In this document: positions 24,746 through 35,084 of the stretch, one piece after another
Position numbering within the stretch: position 1 is the first letter of the stretch
Layout of the letters: the number at the start of each line of letters is the position of its first letter
From: Escherichia coli
GTDB lineage: Bacteria; Pseudomonadota; Gammaproteobacteria; Enterobacterales; Enterobacteriaceae
Assembly (NCBI RefSeq): GCF_003334765.1
Contig: NZ_QOWT01000013.1
DNA: 64,000 nucleotides
Reading direction: 5' to 3' (one strand)
The notes under the pieces: generated by a model
What the model was told of the DNA's origin: nothing
Seen by the model: only the letters and a program-made list of their open reading frames with translations
Database searches by the model: none
Translations under genes and position numbers: made by a program

Positions 24746-27358
24746 TCAAGCCAGTGCTTTAGTTATCTTCTCGTACAGATCGCCAGAGAGATTTTCCAGC
24801 CCTTTCAACTGTTCCAGCGCCGCGCGCATTTTCTCCTGACGTTTGGCATCGTAACGTTTCAGGCGAATCAGCGGTTCAATCAGACGTGAAGCCACCTGCG
24901 GGTTACGGCTGTTGAGGTCGGTAAGCATTTCCACCAGGAACAGGTAACCGCTGCCATCTTCGGCATGGAACGCTGCCGGATTGCTGCCCGCAAACGCGCC
25001 AATCAACGAACGAATACGGTTCGGGTTGCTCATGGTAAATGAGCGATGCTGCAACAGGCCGCGCACCGTCTCCAGCACATTCGCCGCCGGGCTGGTGGCT
25101 TGCAGGATAAACCATTTATCCATCACCAGACCGTTCTGATGCCACTTGTCGTCGTACTCCTGCATCAGCGCGTCACGGCAAGGCAGCTGTGCGGCAACCG
25201 CCGCAGAAAGCGCCGCCAGCGCATCAGTCATATTGTTTGCTTCGTGGAACTGCTTGCTCACCAGCACATCAGCCAGATGCGTTTCACCAAAAGCGAGGAA
25301 ACGCAGGCAGGCATTACGCAGAGTGCGTTTTGCAATATCTTCATGCTCAACACGGTACTCGCTCTGGTAATTCGCGTTGTAAATAGCCAGTAGCTCATCC
25401 GCCAGTTCAGTCGCCAGAGTACGAGTGAGTGCTTCGCGTACTTCGGCAATAGCAATCGGGTCGATGATATCGAACAATTCAGCCATTTCATTGACAGAAG
25501 GCAGCGTCAGGATTTCTGCCGCCAGCGCTGGATCAATCTTCTCATCAAGCAGTACCGCGCGGAAAGCATCAGCCACATGCACCGGCAGAGACAGCGGCTG
25601 ACCTTGCTGATGACGCGCGACGTTCAGCTTGATGTAGGTTGCCAGCAAACTTTGCGCCGCATCCCAGCGGGAGAAATCATTACGCGCATGACGCATCAGG
25701 AAGGTCAGTTGCTGATCGCTCCACTTATATTCCAGTTTCACTGGCGCAGAGAATTCGCACAGCAGCGCAGGCACCGGCTGGAAGTAGACATTATCAAAGA
25801 CAAAGGTCTGTTCCGCCTGAGTGACGTTCAGCACGGAATTCACCGGATGACCGCCTTTCTGCAACGGGATCACTTTGCCTTCGTTATCATACAGTTCGAT
25901 GGCAAACGGAATATGCAGCGGCTGTTTTTCTGCCTGATCCGGCGTGGCTGGCGTGCGCTGGCTGATGGTCAGGGTGTACTGCTCGGTTTCCGGATTGTAG
26001 TCGTCTTTGACGGTCACAATCGGTGTACCGGACTGGCTGTACCAACGGCGGAAATGGGAGAGATCGACATTCGACGCATCTTCCATCGCCTGCACAAAGT
26101 CGTCACAGGTCGCTGCACTACCATCATGACGCTCGAAATAAAGCTGCATCCCTTTCTGGAAGTTTTCTTCGCCAAGCAGGGTGTGGATCATGCGAATCAC
26201 TTCCGCGCCCTTCTCGTAAACGGTCAGGGTGTAGAAGTTGTTCATCTCAATGACCATATCCGGGCGGATCGGGTGCGCCATCGGGCTGGCGTCTTCTGCA
26301 AACTGCAATCCGCGCATGGTGCGTACATTATTGATGCGGTTAACTGCGCGGGAACCAAGGTCAGAGCTGAACTCCTGATCGCGGAAGACGGTTAAACCTT
26401 CTTTCAGGCTGAGCTGGAACCAGTCGCGACAGGTCACTCGGTTACCGGTCCAGTTATGGAAATATTCATGGCCGATAACGCGTTCAATATCGAGGTAATC
26501 TTTGTCGGTGGCGGTGTCGGTGCGGGCCAGCACATATTTGGAGTTAAAGATATTCAGCCCCTTATTCTCCATTGCGCCCATATTGAAGAAATCCACCGCG
26601 ACGATCATATAGATGTCGAGGTCATACTCCAGGCCAAAGCGTTCTTCATCCCATTTCATGGAGTTTTTCAGCGAGGTCATCGCCCACGGCGCGCGATCAA
26701 GGTTGCCGCGATCGACGTACAGCTCCAGTGCTACTTCGCGACCAGAACGCGTGGTAAAGGTATCGCGCAGTACATCAAAGTCGCCTGCCACCAGCGCAAA
26801 CAGGTAGCACGGTTTCGGGAACGGGTCCTGCCACTGTACCCAATGGCGTCCGTTTTCCAGTTCGCCTTGCGCAACGCGGTTACCATTGGAAAGCAGGAAG
26901 GGATATTTGATTTTATCGGCAATAATTTTGGTGGTAAAACGCGCCAGCACGTCCGGGCGGTCGAGATAATACGTAATATGGCGGAAACCTTCGGCTTCAC
27001 ACTGGGTGCAAAGCGCATCGCCTGACTGATAAAGCCCTTCCAGCGCGGTATTCGCCGCCGGGCTTATTTCATTAATGATCTTAAGCGTAAAACGCTCCGG
27101 CAAATTACTGATAACCAGTGCGCCCTCTTCTTCTTTCCAGGCGGTCCACGGCTCATCATTAATATGAACAGAAACCAGTTTGAGGTCTTCGCCGTTGAGA
27201 CGAAGGGGAGCATCTGATGCACCATGACGGACAGCCTGGCTGACCGCGGTAACGACCGTCTTTTGCGCGTCGAGGTCAAAGGTCAAGTCAATATCAGTAA
27301 TCTGGTAATCCGGCGCACGATAATCGTGACGGTATTTGGCTTGTGGCTGTTGAGTCAT
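24746..27358 (-). CDS. pepN: Aminopeptidase N (PepN, 870 aa)
   Basis: Translation MTQQPQAKYRHDYRAPDYQITDIDLTFDLDAQKTVVTAVSQ... includes the zinc motif region HEYFHNWTGNRVTCRDWFQLSLKEG; recognised as PepN. Confidence 0.92.
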   Translation of the reverse strand: MTQQPQAKYRHDYRAPDYQITDIDLTFDLDAQKTVVTAVSQAVRHGASDAPLRLNGEDLKLVSVHINDEPWTAWKEEEGALVISNLPERFTLKIINEISPAANTALEGLYQSGDALCTQCEAEGFRHITYYLDRPDVLARFTTKIIADKIKYPFLLSNGNRVAQGELENGRHWVQWQDPFPKPCYLFALVAGDFDVLRDTFTTRSGREVALELYVDRGNLDRAPWAMTSLKNSMKWDEERFGLEYDLDIYMIVAVDFFNMGAMENKGLNIFNSKYVLARTDTATDKDYLDIERVIGHEYFHNWTGNRVTCRDWFQLSLKEGLTVFRDQEFSSDLGSRAVNRINNVRTMRGLQFAEDASPMAHPIRPDMVIEMNNFYTLTVYEKGAEVIRMIHTLLGEENFQKGMQLYFERHDGSAATCDDFVQAMEDASNVDLSHFRRWYSQSGTPIVTVKDDYNPETEQYTLTISQRTPATPDQAEKQPLHIPFAIELYDNEGKVIPLQKGGHPVNSVLNVTQAEQTFVFDNVYFQPVPALLCEFSAPVKLEYKWSDQQLTFLMRHARNDFSRWDAAQSLLATYIKLNVARHQQGQPLSLPVHVADAFRAVLLDEKIDPALAAEILTLPSVNEMAELFDIIDPIAIAEVREALTRTLATELADELLAIYNANYQSEYRVEHEDIAKRTLRNACLRFLAFGETHLADVLVSKQFHEANNMTDALAALSAAVAAQLPCRDALMQEYDDKWHQNGLVMDKWFILQATSPAANVLETVRGLLQHRSFTMSNPNRIRSLIGAFAGSNPAAFHAEDGSGYLFLVEMLTDLNSRNPQVASRLIEPLIRLKRYDAKRQEKMRAALEQLKGLENLSGDLYEKITKALA

Positions 27359-27576
27359 AAATAACCTTTAGCATCTTTTATAGAGTCTGGTGTTCAGTCT
27401 ATTCCTGTTGCGTAAATCGCGCTATGCAGAATCTTCATCTTTTCAGGTACAAACGCCTTTATTGCTACATTTTTATAACATACACCGCGTAATGCCATCG
27501 ACCAGAAAGGTGGCATATGGTGTGATCGGGGTTCAATAAATTGCGAAACAAGGTATACTCCAGCAGTTCCTGAAGA

Positions 27577-27594
27577 TGTTTATTGTACTAAACG
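27577..27594 (+). promoter_or_regulatory. NadR operator of pncB (TGTTTA-N6-TAAACG palindrome), with a -10-like TATACT at 27553-27558
   Basis: TGTTTATTGTACTAAACG is a near-perfect TGTTTA/TAAACA inverted repeat 30-47 bp upstream of the pncB ATG. pncB is a known NadR-repressed gene. Confidence 0.6.
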
Positions 27595-27623
27595 CTCCTG
27601 TACGAGGACGCTACTGCGCACCT

Positions 27624-28826
27624 ATGACACAATTCGCTTCTCCTGTTCTGCACTCGTTGCTGGATACAGATGCTTATAAGTTGCATATGCAGCAAGCCGT
27701 GTTTCATCACTATTACGATGTGCATGTCGCGGCGGAGTTTCGTTGCCGAGGTGACGATCTGCTGGGTATTTATGCCGATGCTATTCGTGAACAGGTTCAG
27801 GCGATGCAGCACCTGCGCCTGCAGGATGATGAATATCAGTGGCTTTCTGCCCTGCCTTTCTTTAAGGCCGACTATCTTAACTGGTTACGCGAGTTACGCT
27901 TTAACCCGGAACAAGTCACCGTGTCCAACGATAATGGCAAGCTGGATATTCGTTTAAGCGGCCCGTGGCGTGAAGTCATCCTCTGGGAAGTTCCTTTGCT
28001 GGCGGTTATCAGTGAAATGGTACATCGCTATCGCTCACCGCAGGCCGACGTTGCGCAAGCCCTCGACACGCTGGAAAGCAAATTAGTCGACTTCTCGGCG
28101 TTAACCGCCGGTCTTGATATGTCGCGCTTCCATCTGATGGATTTTGGCACCCGTCGCCGTTTTTCTCGCGAAGTACAAGAAACCATCGTTAAGCGTCTGC
28201 AACAGGAATCCTGGTTTGTGGGCACCAGCAACTACGATCTGGCGCGTCGGCTTTCCCTCACGCCGATGGGAACACAGGCACACGAATGGTTCCAGGCACA
28301 TCAGCAAATCAGCCCGGATCTAGCCAACAGCCAGCGAGCTGCACTTGCTGCCTGGCTGGAAGAGTATCCCGACCAACTTGGCATTGCATTAACCGACTGC
28401 ATCACTATGGATGCTTTCCTGCGTGATTTCGGTGTCGAGTTCGCTAGTCGGTATCAGGGCCTGCGTCATGACTCTGGCGACCCGGTTGAATGGGGTGAAA
28501 AAGCCATTGCACATTATGAAAAGCTGGGAATTGATCCACAGAGTAAAACGCTGGTTTTCTCTGACAATCTGGATTTACGCAAAGCGGTTGAGCTATACCG
28601 CCACTTCTCTTCCCGCGTGCAATTAAGTTTTGGTATTGGGACTCGCCTGACCTGCGATATCCCCCAGGTAAAACCCCTGAATATTGTCATTAAGTTGGTA
28701 GAGTGTAACGGTAAACCGGTGGCGAAACTTTCTGACAGCCCTGGCAAAACTATCTGCCATGATAAAGCGTTTGTTCGGGCGCTGCGCAAAGCGTTCGACC
28801 TTCCGCATATTAAAAAAGCCAGTTAA
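27624..28826 (+). CDS. pncB: Nicotinate phosphoribosyltransferase PncB (400 aa)
   Basis: Translation from the ATG at 27624 begins [39 protein letters not shown].... The track ORF starts at 27576, inside the putative NadR box, which supports the downstream start. Confidence 0.9.
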   Translation: MTQFASPVLHSLLDTDAYKLHMQQAVFHHYYDVHVAAEFRCRGDDLLGIYADAIREQVQAMQHLRLQDDEYQWLSALPFFKADYLNWLRELRFNPEQVTVSNDNGKLDIRLSGPWREVILWEVPLLAVISEMVHRYRSPQADVAQALDTLESKLVDFSALTAGLDMSRFHLMDFGTRRRFSREVQETIVKRLQQESWFVGTSNYDLARRLSLTPMGTQAHEWFQAHQQISPDLANSQRAALAAWLEEYPDQLGIALTDCITMDAFLRDFGVEFASRYQGLRHDSGDPVEWGEKAIAHYEKLGIDPQSKTLVFSDNLDLRKAVELYRHFSSRVQLSFGIGTRLTCDIPQVKPLNIVIKLVECNGKPVAKLSDSPGKTICHDKAFVRALRKAFDLPHIKKAS

Positions 28827-28833
28827 TATCATC

Positions 28834-28860
28834 AGGGAGCTAATCGGCTCCCTTTTTTTA
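28834..28860 (+). terminator. pncB intrinsic terminator
   Basis: AGGGAGC-TAATCG-GCTCCCT stem followed by TTTTTTTA, 8 bp after the pncB stop. Confidence 0.75.
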
Positions 28861-28994
28861 CCTTTAATTCCGAAATCTTTCGCTGCATTTGCGAATTCTG
28901 CTTGTCTGATTGCAGATGCCAGGTAACATAGGTATCCCCCCATTTACGGGTGGACAAGTGTTTATTTTTTCCGACTATTAACAGAGAGAATATT

Positions 28995-30395
28995 ATGAGC
29001 GTTGTGCCTGTAGCCGACGTACTCCAGGGCCGTGTAGCCGTTGACAGCGAAGTCACCGTGCGCGGATGGGTACGTACCCGCCGAGATTCAAAAGCTGGCA
29101 TCTCCTTCCTCGCCGTTTATGACGGTTCCTGCTTTGATCCTGTACAGGCTGTCATCAATAATTCTCTGCCCAATTACAATGAAGACGTCCTGCGTCTGAC
29201 CACCGGCTGCTCGGTCATTGTGACGGGTAAAGTCGTGGCGTCGCCGGGCCAGGGGCAACAATTTGAAATTCAGGCCAGCAAGGTTGAAGTTGCTGGTTGG
29301 GTTGAAGATCCAGACACTTACCCGATGGCGGCAAAACGCCACAGCATTGAGTATCTGCGTGAAGTCGCTCACCTGCGTCCGCGCACAAACCTGATTGGTG
29401 CCGTCGCGCGCGTTCGCCATACGCTGGCGCAGGCGCTGCATCGCTTCTTTAACGAGCAGGGATTCTTCTGGGTTTCAACGCCACTGATTACCGCATCTGA
29501 TACCGAAGGTGCAGGCGAAATGTTCCGCGTTTCTACGCTGGATCTGGAAAACCTGCCGCGTAACGATCAGGGCAAAGTGGATTTCGACAAAGACTTCTTT
29601 GGTAAAGAGTCTTTCCTGACCGTATCTGGCCAGTTGAACGGCGAAACCTACGCTTGCGCATTGTCCAAAATTTATACCTTCGGCCCGACTTTCCGTGCTG
29701 AAAACTCCAACACCAGCCGTCACCTGGCGGAATTCTGGATGCTGGAGCCGGAAGTGGCGTTTGCTAACCTGAACGATATTGCGGGTCTGGCTGAAGCCAT
29801 GCTGAAATATGTCTTCAAAGCGGTTCTCGAAGAACGCGCTGACGACATGAAATTCTTCGCTGAACGCGTAGATAAAGATGCCGTTTCACGTCTGGAACGC
29901 TTCATTGAAGCCGATTTTGCGCAGGTGGATTATACCGACGCAGTGACCATTCTCGAAAACTGCGGCAGGAAGTTTGAAAACCCGGTTTACTGGGGAGTCG
30001 ATCTCTCTTCTGAGCATGAGCGTTATCTGGCGGAAGAACACTTTAAAGCACCGGTAGTGGTTAAAAACTATCCGAAAGATATTAAAGCGTTCTATATGCG
30101 CCTTAACGAAGACGGTAAAACCGTTGCGGCTATGGACGTTCTGGCTCCGGGCATCGGTGAGATCATTGGTGGCTCCCAGCGTGAAGAACGTCTGGACGTG
30201 CTGGACGAGCGTATGCTGGAAATGGGCCTGAATAAAGAAGATTACTGGTGGTATCGCGATCTGCGTCGCTACGGTACTGTTCCGCATTCAGGTTTCGGTC
30301 TTGGTTTTGAACGTCTGATTGCTTACGTAACTGGCGTGCAAAACGTACGTGATGTGATTCCGTTCCCACGTACTCCGCGTAACGCCAGCTTCTAA
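28995..30395 (+). CDS. asnS: Asparaginyl-tRNA synthetase AsnS (466 aa)
   Basis: Translation from the ATG at 28995 begins [53 protein letters not shown].... The track ORF has a 15-codon upstream extension. Confidence 0.92.
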
Positions 30396-30408
30396 TTTAG
30401 CGTCTTCA

Positions 30409-30437
30409 AGAGCCAGCGCCCGCTGGCTCTTTTTTTA
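30409..30437 (+). terminator. asnS intrinsic terminator
   Basis: AGAGCCAGCG-CC-CGCTGGCTCT inverted repeat followed by TTTTTTT, 14 bp after the asnS stop. Confidence 0.8.
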
Positions 30438-30507
30438 TCTTTTCTGTCAAGTTATCTGTTTGTTAAGTCAAGCAATCTATTTGCAACCCCGCCATAACGA
30501 TCATCCT

Positions 30508-30536
30508 GTTACGGAATATTACATTGCAACATTTAC
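30508..30536 (+). promoter_or_regulatory. Candidate distal OmpR site (F4-like) of ompF
   Basis: GTTACGGAATATTACATTGCAACATTTAC contains TTACAT-type OmpR half-sites. Its position, several hundred bp upstream of the ompF promoter, fits what I recall of the distal F4 site; not verified. Confidence 0.35.
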
Positions 30537-30540
30537 GCGC

Positions 30541-30580
30541 AAAAACTAATCCGCATTCTTATTGCGGATTAGTTTTTTCT
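30541..30580. terminator. Orphan perfect palindrome with A/T-run flanks, shaped like a bidirectional intrinsic terminator
   Basis: AAAAACTAATCCGCA-TTCTTAT-TGCGGATTAGTTTTT is a perfect 15-bp inverted repeat (GC core TAATCCGCA/TGCGGATTA) with a 7-nt loop; it is not adjacent to any gene end (asnS ends 146 bp upstream and has its own terminator). Confidence 0.45.
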
Positions 30581-30787
30581 TAGCTAATAGCACAATTTTC
30601 ATACTATTTTTTGGCATTCTGGATGTCTGAAAGAAGATTTTGTGCCAGGTCGATAAAGTTTCCATCAGAAACAAAATTTCCGTTTAGTTAATTTAAATAT
30701 AAGGAAATCATATAAATAGATTAAAATTGCTGTAAATATCATCACGTCTCTATGGAAATATGACGGTGTTCACAAAGTTCCTTAAAT

Positions 30788-30850
30788 TTTACTTTTGGTT
30801 ACATATTTTTTCTTTTTGAAACCAAATCTTTATCTTTGTAGCACTTTCAC
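30788..30850 (+). promoter_or_regulatory. OmpR-binding region (F1-F3 boxes) and ompF promoter
   Basis: TTTACTTTTGGTTACATATT at 30788-30807 is the OmpR F1 box as I recall it, followed by phased TTTC/GAAAC-rich repeats up to the core promoter. The long 5' UTR to the ATG at 30997 is the known MicF target region. Confidence 0.6.
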
Positions 30851-30996
30851 GGTAGCGAAACGTTAGTTTGAATGGAAAGATGCCTGCAGACACATAAAGA
30901 CACCAAACTCTCATCAATAGTTCCGTAAATTTTTATTGACAGAACTTATTGACGGCAGTGGCAGGTGTCATAAAAAAACCATGAGGGTAATAAATA

Positions 30997-32085
30997 ATGA
31001 TGAAGCGCAATATTCTGGCAGTGATCGTCCCTGCTCTGTTAGTAGCAGGTACTGCAAACGCTGCAGAAATCTATAACAAAGATGGCAACAAAGTAGATCT
31101 GTACGGTAAAGCTGTTGGTCTGCATTATTTTTCCAAGGGTAACGGTGAAAACAGTTACGGTGGCAATGGCGACATGACCTATGCCCGTCTTGGTTTTAAA
31201 GGGGAAACTCAAATCAATTCCGATCTGACCGGTTATGGTCAGTGGGAATATAACTTCCAGGGTAACAACTCTGAAGGCGCTGACGCTCAAACTGGTAACA
31301 AAACGCGTCTGGCATTCGCGGGTCTTAAATACGCTGACGTTGGTTCTTTCGATTACGGCCGTAACTACGGTGTGGTTTATGATGCACTGGGTTACACCGA
31401 TATGCTGCCAGAATTTGGTGGTGATACTGCATACAGCGATGACTTCTTCGTTGGTCGTGTTGGCGGCGTTGCTACCTATCGTAACTCCAACTTCTTTGGT
31501 CTGGTTGATGGCCTGAACTTCGCTGTTCAGTACCTGGGTAAAAACGAGCGTGACACTGCACGCCGTTCTAACGGCGACGGTGTTGGCGGTTCTATCAGCT
31601 ACGAATACGAAGGCTTTGGTATCGTTGGTGCTTATGGTGCAGCTGACCGTACCAACCTGCAAGAAGCTCAACCTCTTGGCAACGGTAAAAAAGCTGAACA
31701 GTGGGCTACTGGTCTGAAGTACGACGCGAACAACATCTACCTGGCAGCGAACTACGGTGAAACCCGTAACGCTACGCCGATCACTAATAAATTTACAAAC
31801 ACCAGCGGCTTCGCCAACAAAACGCAAGACGTTCTGTTAGTTGCGCAATACCAGTTCGATTTCGGTCTGCGTCCGTCCATCGCTTACACCAAATCTAAAG
31901 CGAAAGACGTAGAAGGTATCGGTGATGTTGATCTGGTGAACTACTTTGAAGTGGGCGCAACCTACTACTTCAACAAAAACATGTCCACCTATGTTGACTA
32001 CATCATCAACCAGATCGATTCTGACAACAAACTGGGCGTAGGTTCAGACGACACCGTTGCTGTGGGTATCGTTTACCAGTTCTAA
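30997..32085 (+). CDS. ompF: Outer-membrane porin OmpF (362 aa precursor)
   Basis: Translation [74 protein letters not shown]... ends ...AVGIVYQF (C-terminal Phe, beta-barrel signature); recognised as OmpF. Confidence 0.95.
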
Positions 32086-32109
32086 TAGCACACCTCTTTG
32101 TTAAATGCC

Positions 32110-32140
32110 GAAAAAACAGGACTTTGGTCCTGTTTTTTTT
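32110..32140. terminator. ompF intrinsic terminator (bidirectional shape)
   Basis: AAAAAACAGGAC-TTTG-GTCCTGTTTTTTTT: a stem flanked by an A-run and a T-run, 25 bp after the ompF stop. Confidence 0.8.
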
Positions 32141-32269
32141 ATACCTTCCAGAGCAATCTCACGTCTTGCAAAAACAGCCTGCGTTTTCATCAGTAATAGT
32201 TGGAATTTTGTAAATCTCCCGTTACCCTGATAGCGGACTTCCCTTCTGTAACCATAATGGAACCTCGTC

Positions 32270-33460
32270 ATGTTTGAGAACATTACCGCCGCTCCTGCCG
32301 ACCCGATTCTGGGCCTGGCCGATCTGTTTCGTGCCGATGAACGTCCCGGCAAAATTAACCTCGGGATTGGTGTCTATAAAGATGAGACGGGCAAAACCCC
32401 GGTACTGACCAGCGTGAAAAAGGCTGAACAGTATCTGCTCGAAAATGAAACCACCAAAAATTACCTCGGCATTGACGGCATCCCTGAATTTGGTCGCTGC
32501 ACTCAGGAACTGCTGTTTGGTAAAGGTAGCGCCCTGATCAATGACAAACGTGCTCGCACGGCACAGACTCCGGGGGGCACTGGCGCACTACGCGTGGCTG
32601 CCGATTTCCTGGCAAAAAATACCAGCGTTAAGCGTGTGTGGGTGAGCAACCCAAGCTGGCCGAACCATAAGAGCGTCTTTAACTCTGCAGGTCTGGAAGT
32701 TCGTGAATACGCTTATTATGATGCGGAAAATCACACTCTTGACTTCGATGCACTGATTAACAGCCTGAATGAAGCTCAGGCTGGCGACGTAGTGCTGTTC
32801 CATGGCTGCTGCCATAACCCAACCGGTATCGACCCTACGCTGGAACAATGGCAAACACTGGCACAACTCTCCGTTGAGAAAGGCTGGTTACCGCTGTTTG
32901 ACTTCGCTTACCAGGGTTTTGCCCGTGGTCTGGAAGAAGATGCTGAAGGACTGCGCGCTTTCGCGGCTATGCATAAAGAGCTGATTGTTGCCAGTTCCTA
33001 CTCTAAAAACTTTGGCCTGTACAACGAGCGTGTTGGCGCTTGTACTCTGGTTGCTGCCGACAGTGAAACCGTTGATCGCGCATTCAGCCAAATGAAAGCG
33101 GCGATTCGCGCTAACTACTCTAACCCACCAGCACACGGCGCTTCTGTTGTTGCCACCATCCTGAGCAACGATGCGTTACGTGCGATTTGGGAACAAGAGC
33201 TGACTGATATGCGCCAGCGTATTCAGCGTATGCGTCAGTTGTTCGTCAATACGCTGCAGGAAAAAGGCGCAAACCGCGACTTCAGCTTTATCATCAAACA
33301 GAACGGCATGTTCTCCTTCAGTGGCCTGACAAAAGAACAAGTGCTGCGTCTGCGCGAAGAGTTTGGCGTATATGCGGTTGCTTCTGGTCGCGTAAATGTG
33401 GCCGGGATGACACCAGATAACATGGCTCCGCTGTGCGAAGCGATTGTGGCAGTGCTGTAA
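32270..33460 (+). CDS. aspC: Aspartate aminotransferase AspC (396 aa)
   Basis: Translation [56 protein letters not shown]... contains the PLP-lysine region [14 protein letters not shown]; recognised as AspC. Confidence 0.95.
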   Translation: MFENITAAPADPILGLADLFRADERPGKINLGIGVYKDETGKTPVLTSVKKAEQYLLENETTKNYLGIDGIPEFGRCTQELLFGKGSALINDKRARTAQTPGGTGALRVAADFLAKNTSVKRVWVSNPSWPNHKSVFNSAGLEVREYAYYDAENHTLDFDALINSLNEAQAGDVVLFHGCCHNPTGIDPTLEQWQTLAQLSVEKGWLPLFDFAYQGFARGLEEDAEGLRAFAAMHKELIVASSYSKNFGLYNERVGACTLVAADSETVDRAFSQMKAAIRANYSNPPAHGASVVATILSNDALRAIWEQELTDMRQRIQRMRQLFVNTLQEKGANRDFSFIIKQNGMFSFSGLTKEQVLRLREEFGVYAVASGRVNVAGMTPDNMAPLCEAIVAVL

Positions 33461-33461
33461 G

Positions 33462-33496
33462 CATTAAAAACAATGAAGCCCGCTGAAAAGCGGGCT
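33462..33496 (-). terminator. Hairpin GCCCGC-TGAAAA-GCGGGC with its T-tract on the - strand (candidate terminator for ycbL transcripts)
   Basis: On the - strand the stem is followed by TTCATTGTTTTT; on the + strand no T-run follows, so it is unlikely to be the aspC terminator even though it lies 17 bp after the aspC stop. Confidence 0.45.
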
Positions 33497-33520
33497 GAGA
33501 CTGATGACAAACGCAACATT

Positions 33521-33620
33521 GCCTGATGCGCTACGCTTATCAGGCCTACGCGTCCCCTGCAATATTTTGAATTTGCACGATTTTGTAGGCCGGATAAGGC
33601 GCTCGTGCCGCATCCGGCAT
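33521..33620. repeat. Pair of REP (repetitive extragenic palindromic) elements in opposite orientation (BIME-like)
   Basis: GCCTGATGCGCTACGCTTATCAGGCCTACG (33521-33550) and the inverted copy TTGTAGGCCGGATAAGGCGCTCGTGCCGCATCCGGCAT (33582-33619) match the E. coli REP consensus (GCCGGATAAGGCG...CGCATCCGGC / GTAGGCC). Confidence 0.75.
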
Positions 33621-33648
33621 AAACAAAGCGCACTTTGCCAGAAATCCA

Positions 33649-33675
33649 GGCCCGCATTAAAAGCGGGCTTTTTTA
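33649..33675 (+). terminator. Hairpin GCCCGC-ATTAAAA-GCGGGC followed by TTTTTT on the + strand (probable functional aspC terminator)
   Basis: GC stem plus U-tract on the + strand only; it ends 7 bp before the ycbL stop codon, so the aspC 3' UTR would span the REP pair. Confidence 0.55.
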
Positions 33676-33681
33676 TGTGCC

Positions 33682-34329
33682 TTACCAGACGGGCATTTCG
33701 TCTTGCAGGAAGGGATTATGCAGGCGTTCATAACCAAGTGTGGATAATGGTCCGTGACCCGGAATAAATATCACGTCATCCCCCAGTGGCAGCAATTTAT
33801 CTTTGATTGAAGAAATCAGTTGATTATGATCGCCACGCGGGAAGTCACTGCGCCCTACTCCGCCTTTGAAAATAACATCGCCAGAAATCAGCAGCTTTGC
33901 CCGATCATCAAAAAACACGACATGACCCGGCGTATGCCCAGGGCAATGTAACACCTGTAAAGTCACATTCCCTATGCTGATGGTATCGCCTTCGTTCAGC
34001 CAACGATCTGGCGTCAGCGGCTGGCACTCTTCCAGACCAAACATACGACTTTGCGCAGGCAAGCCTTGCAGCCAGAACTCATCTTCTTTTTCCGGGCCGA
34101 AAACCGGCACGCCGTAATGTTGCGCCAGTTCCGCCGCTGCGCCAACGTGGTCCAGATGACCATGCGTCAGCAGGATCTGCATCAGTGTCAGGCCGCTGTC
34201 ATCAACTTCCTGTTTGATTTTTTCCGCATCGCCGCCAGGATCGACCAGTGCGGCCAGACGGGTTTGTTCACACCAGATTAATGAACAGTTCTGGGAGAAT
34301 GCGGTGACCGGAATAATACGATAGTTCAT
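33682..34329 (-). CDS. gloC: Hydroxyacylglutathione hydrolase-like metallo-beta-lactamase fold protein GloC (YcbL, 215 aa)
   Basis: Metal-binding motif THGHLDHVG; translation [42 protein letters not shown]... recognised as YcbL. Confidence 0.85.
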
Positions 34330-34355
34330 ACTGCCCCTGTTTCGTTAAGCAATTA

Positions 34356-34904
34356 CTACCAGTGCCGTGCTGGCCCGGTATCAATATGCACAAAGTTACT
34401 ACGTGGATAATATCCTACACCACCTGCGCGCATAGATAACGCGGCTTTGCGAATATTGCTTAACGCGATACCTTCAATATGGAAATCCATCGCCTGGCCT
34501 TTAGTGTGATAGCTTTTCTTCGCTACTCCACGGCTGCGGGCGCGTAGTTCATTGTTGGTATCAATAGAACGATAACCGGAAATGAGTTGCACCGGTTTGC
34601 GCGTGCCTAACAACCCTTGCAGGCGATACAACTGGTCGAATAATCCTGGGTCGATGGACTTTATTTTGTTCGCGCGGTAATCGCGGAAAAAATGGTTAAG
34701 TTTTGCCAATTCTTCCTGAATATAGCCTCTGCCATCGAAAAACTCCGCTTTGATTGACTCTCCGGTATGAAGATTATTGAGTGTCAAAATGCGCGGGCGT
34801 GGGGTAGAGAGTGTTGCAAACGCAGGGGTCGGCAGGATGGCGGCACCGAGTGCAACGCCACCAAGCGCCAGCAATTTGCGGCGATTAGCGTCGAATTTGT
34901 CCAT
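34356..34904 (-). CDS. mepK: Murein endopeptidase MepK (YcbK), Tat-signal peptidase M15-like protein (182 aa)
   Basis: Translation from the ATG at 34904 begins MDKFDANRRKLLALGGVALGAAILPTPAFA (twin-arginine signal); recognised as YcbK/MepK. Confidence 0.85.
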   Translation of the reverse strand: MDKFDANRRKLLALGGVALGAAILPTPAFATLSTPRPRILTLNNLHTGESIKAEFFDGRGYIQEELAKLNHFFRDYRANKIKSIDPGLFDQLYRLQGLLGTRKPVQLISGYRSIDTNNELRARSRGVAKKSYHTKGQAMDFHIEGIALSNIRKAALSMRAGGVGYYPRSNFVHIDTGPARHW

Positions 34905-35084
34905 GATAATCAAGTCTACAGGTCAATGTTATCGTTTATATGCACTTCTGGCGCACAAGAGGCACCTTAACCGCCCGTAAAGCAGACGTCAAGATGACTC
35001 AACCCCAGCAGTGACGGGGGCTGCAGAGAATCGCCCCCAATCATGCTAATTATTACGACAACTGATTTCCCCGAACTACTTCAT

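Noticed and set aside
25577-26395. 272-aa ORF antisense to pepN, and similar antisense ORFs in ompF (31039..31827) and ycaO (61776..62312)
   Set aside because: Each is fully contained in a confidently identified gene on the other strand and shows no independent signals.
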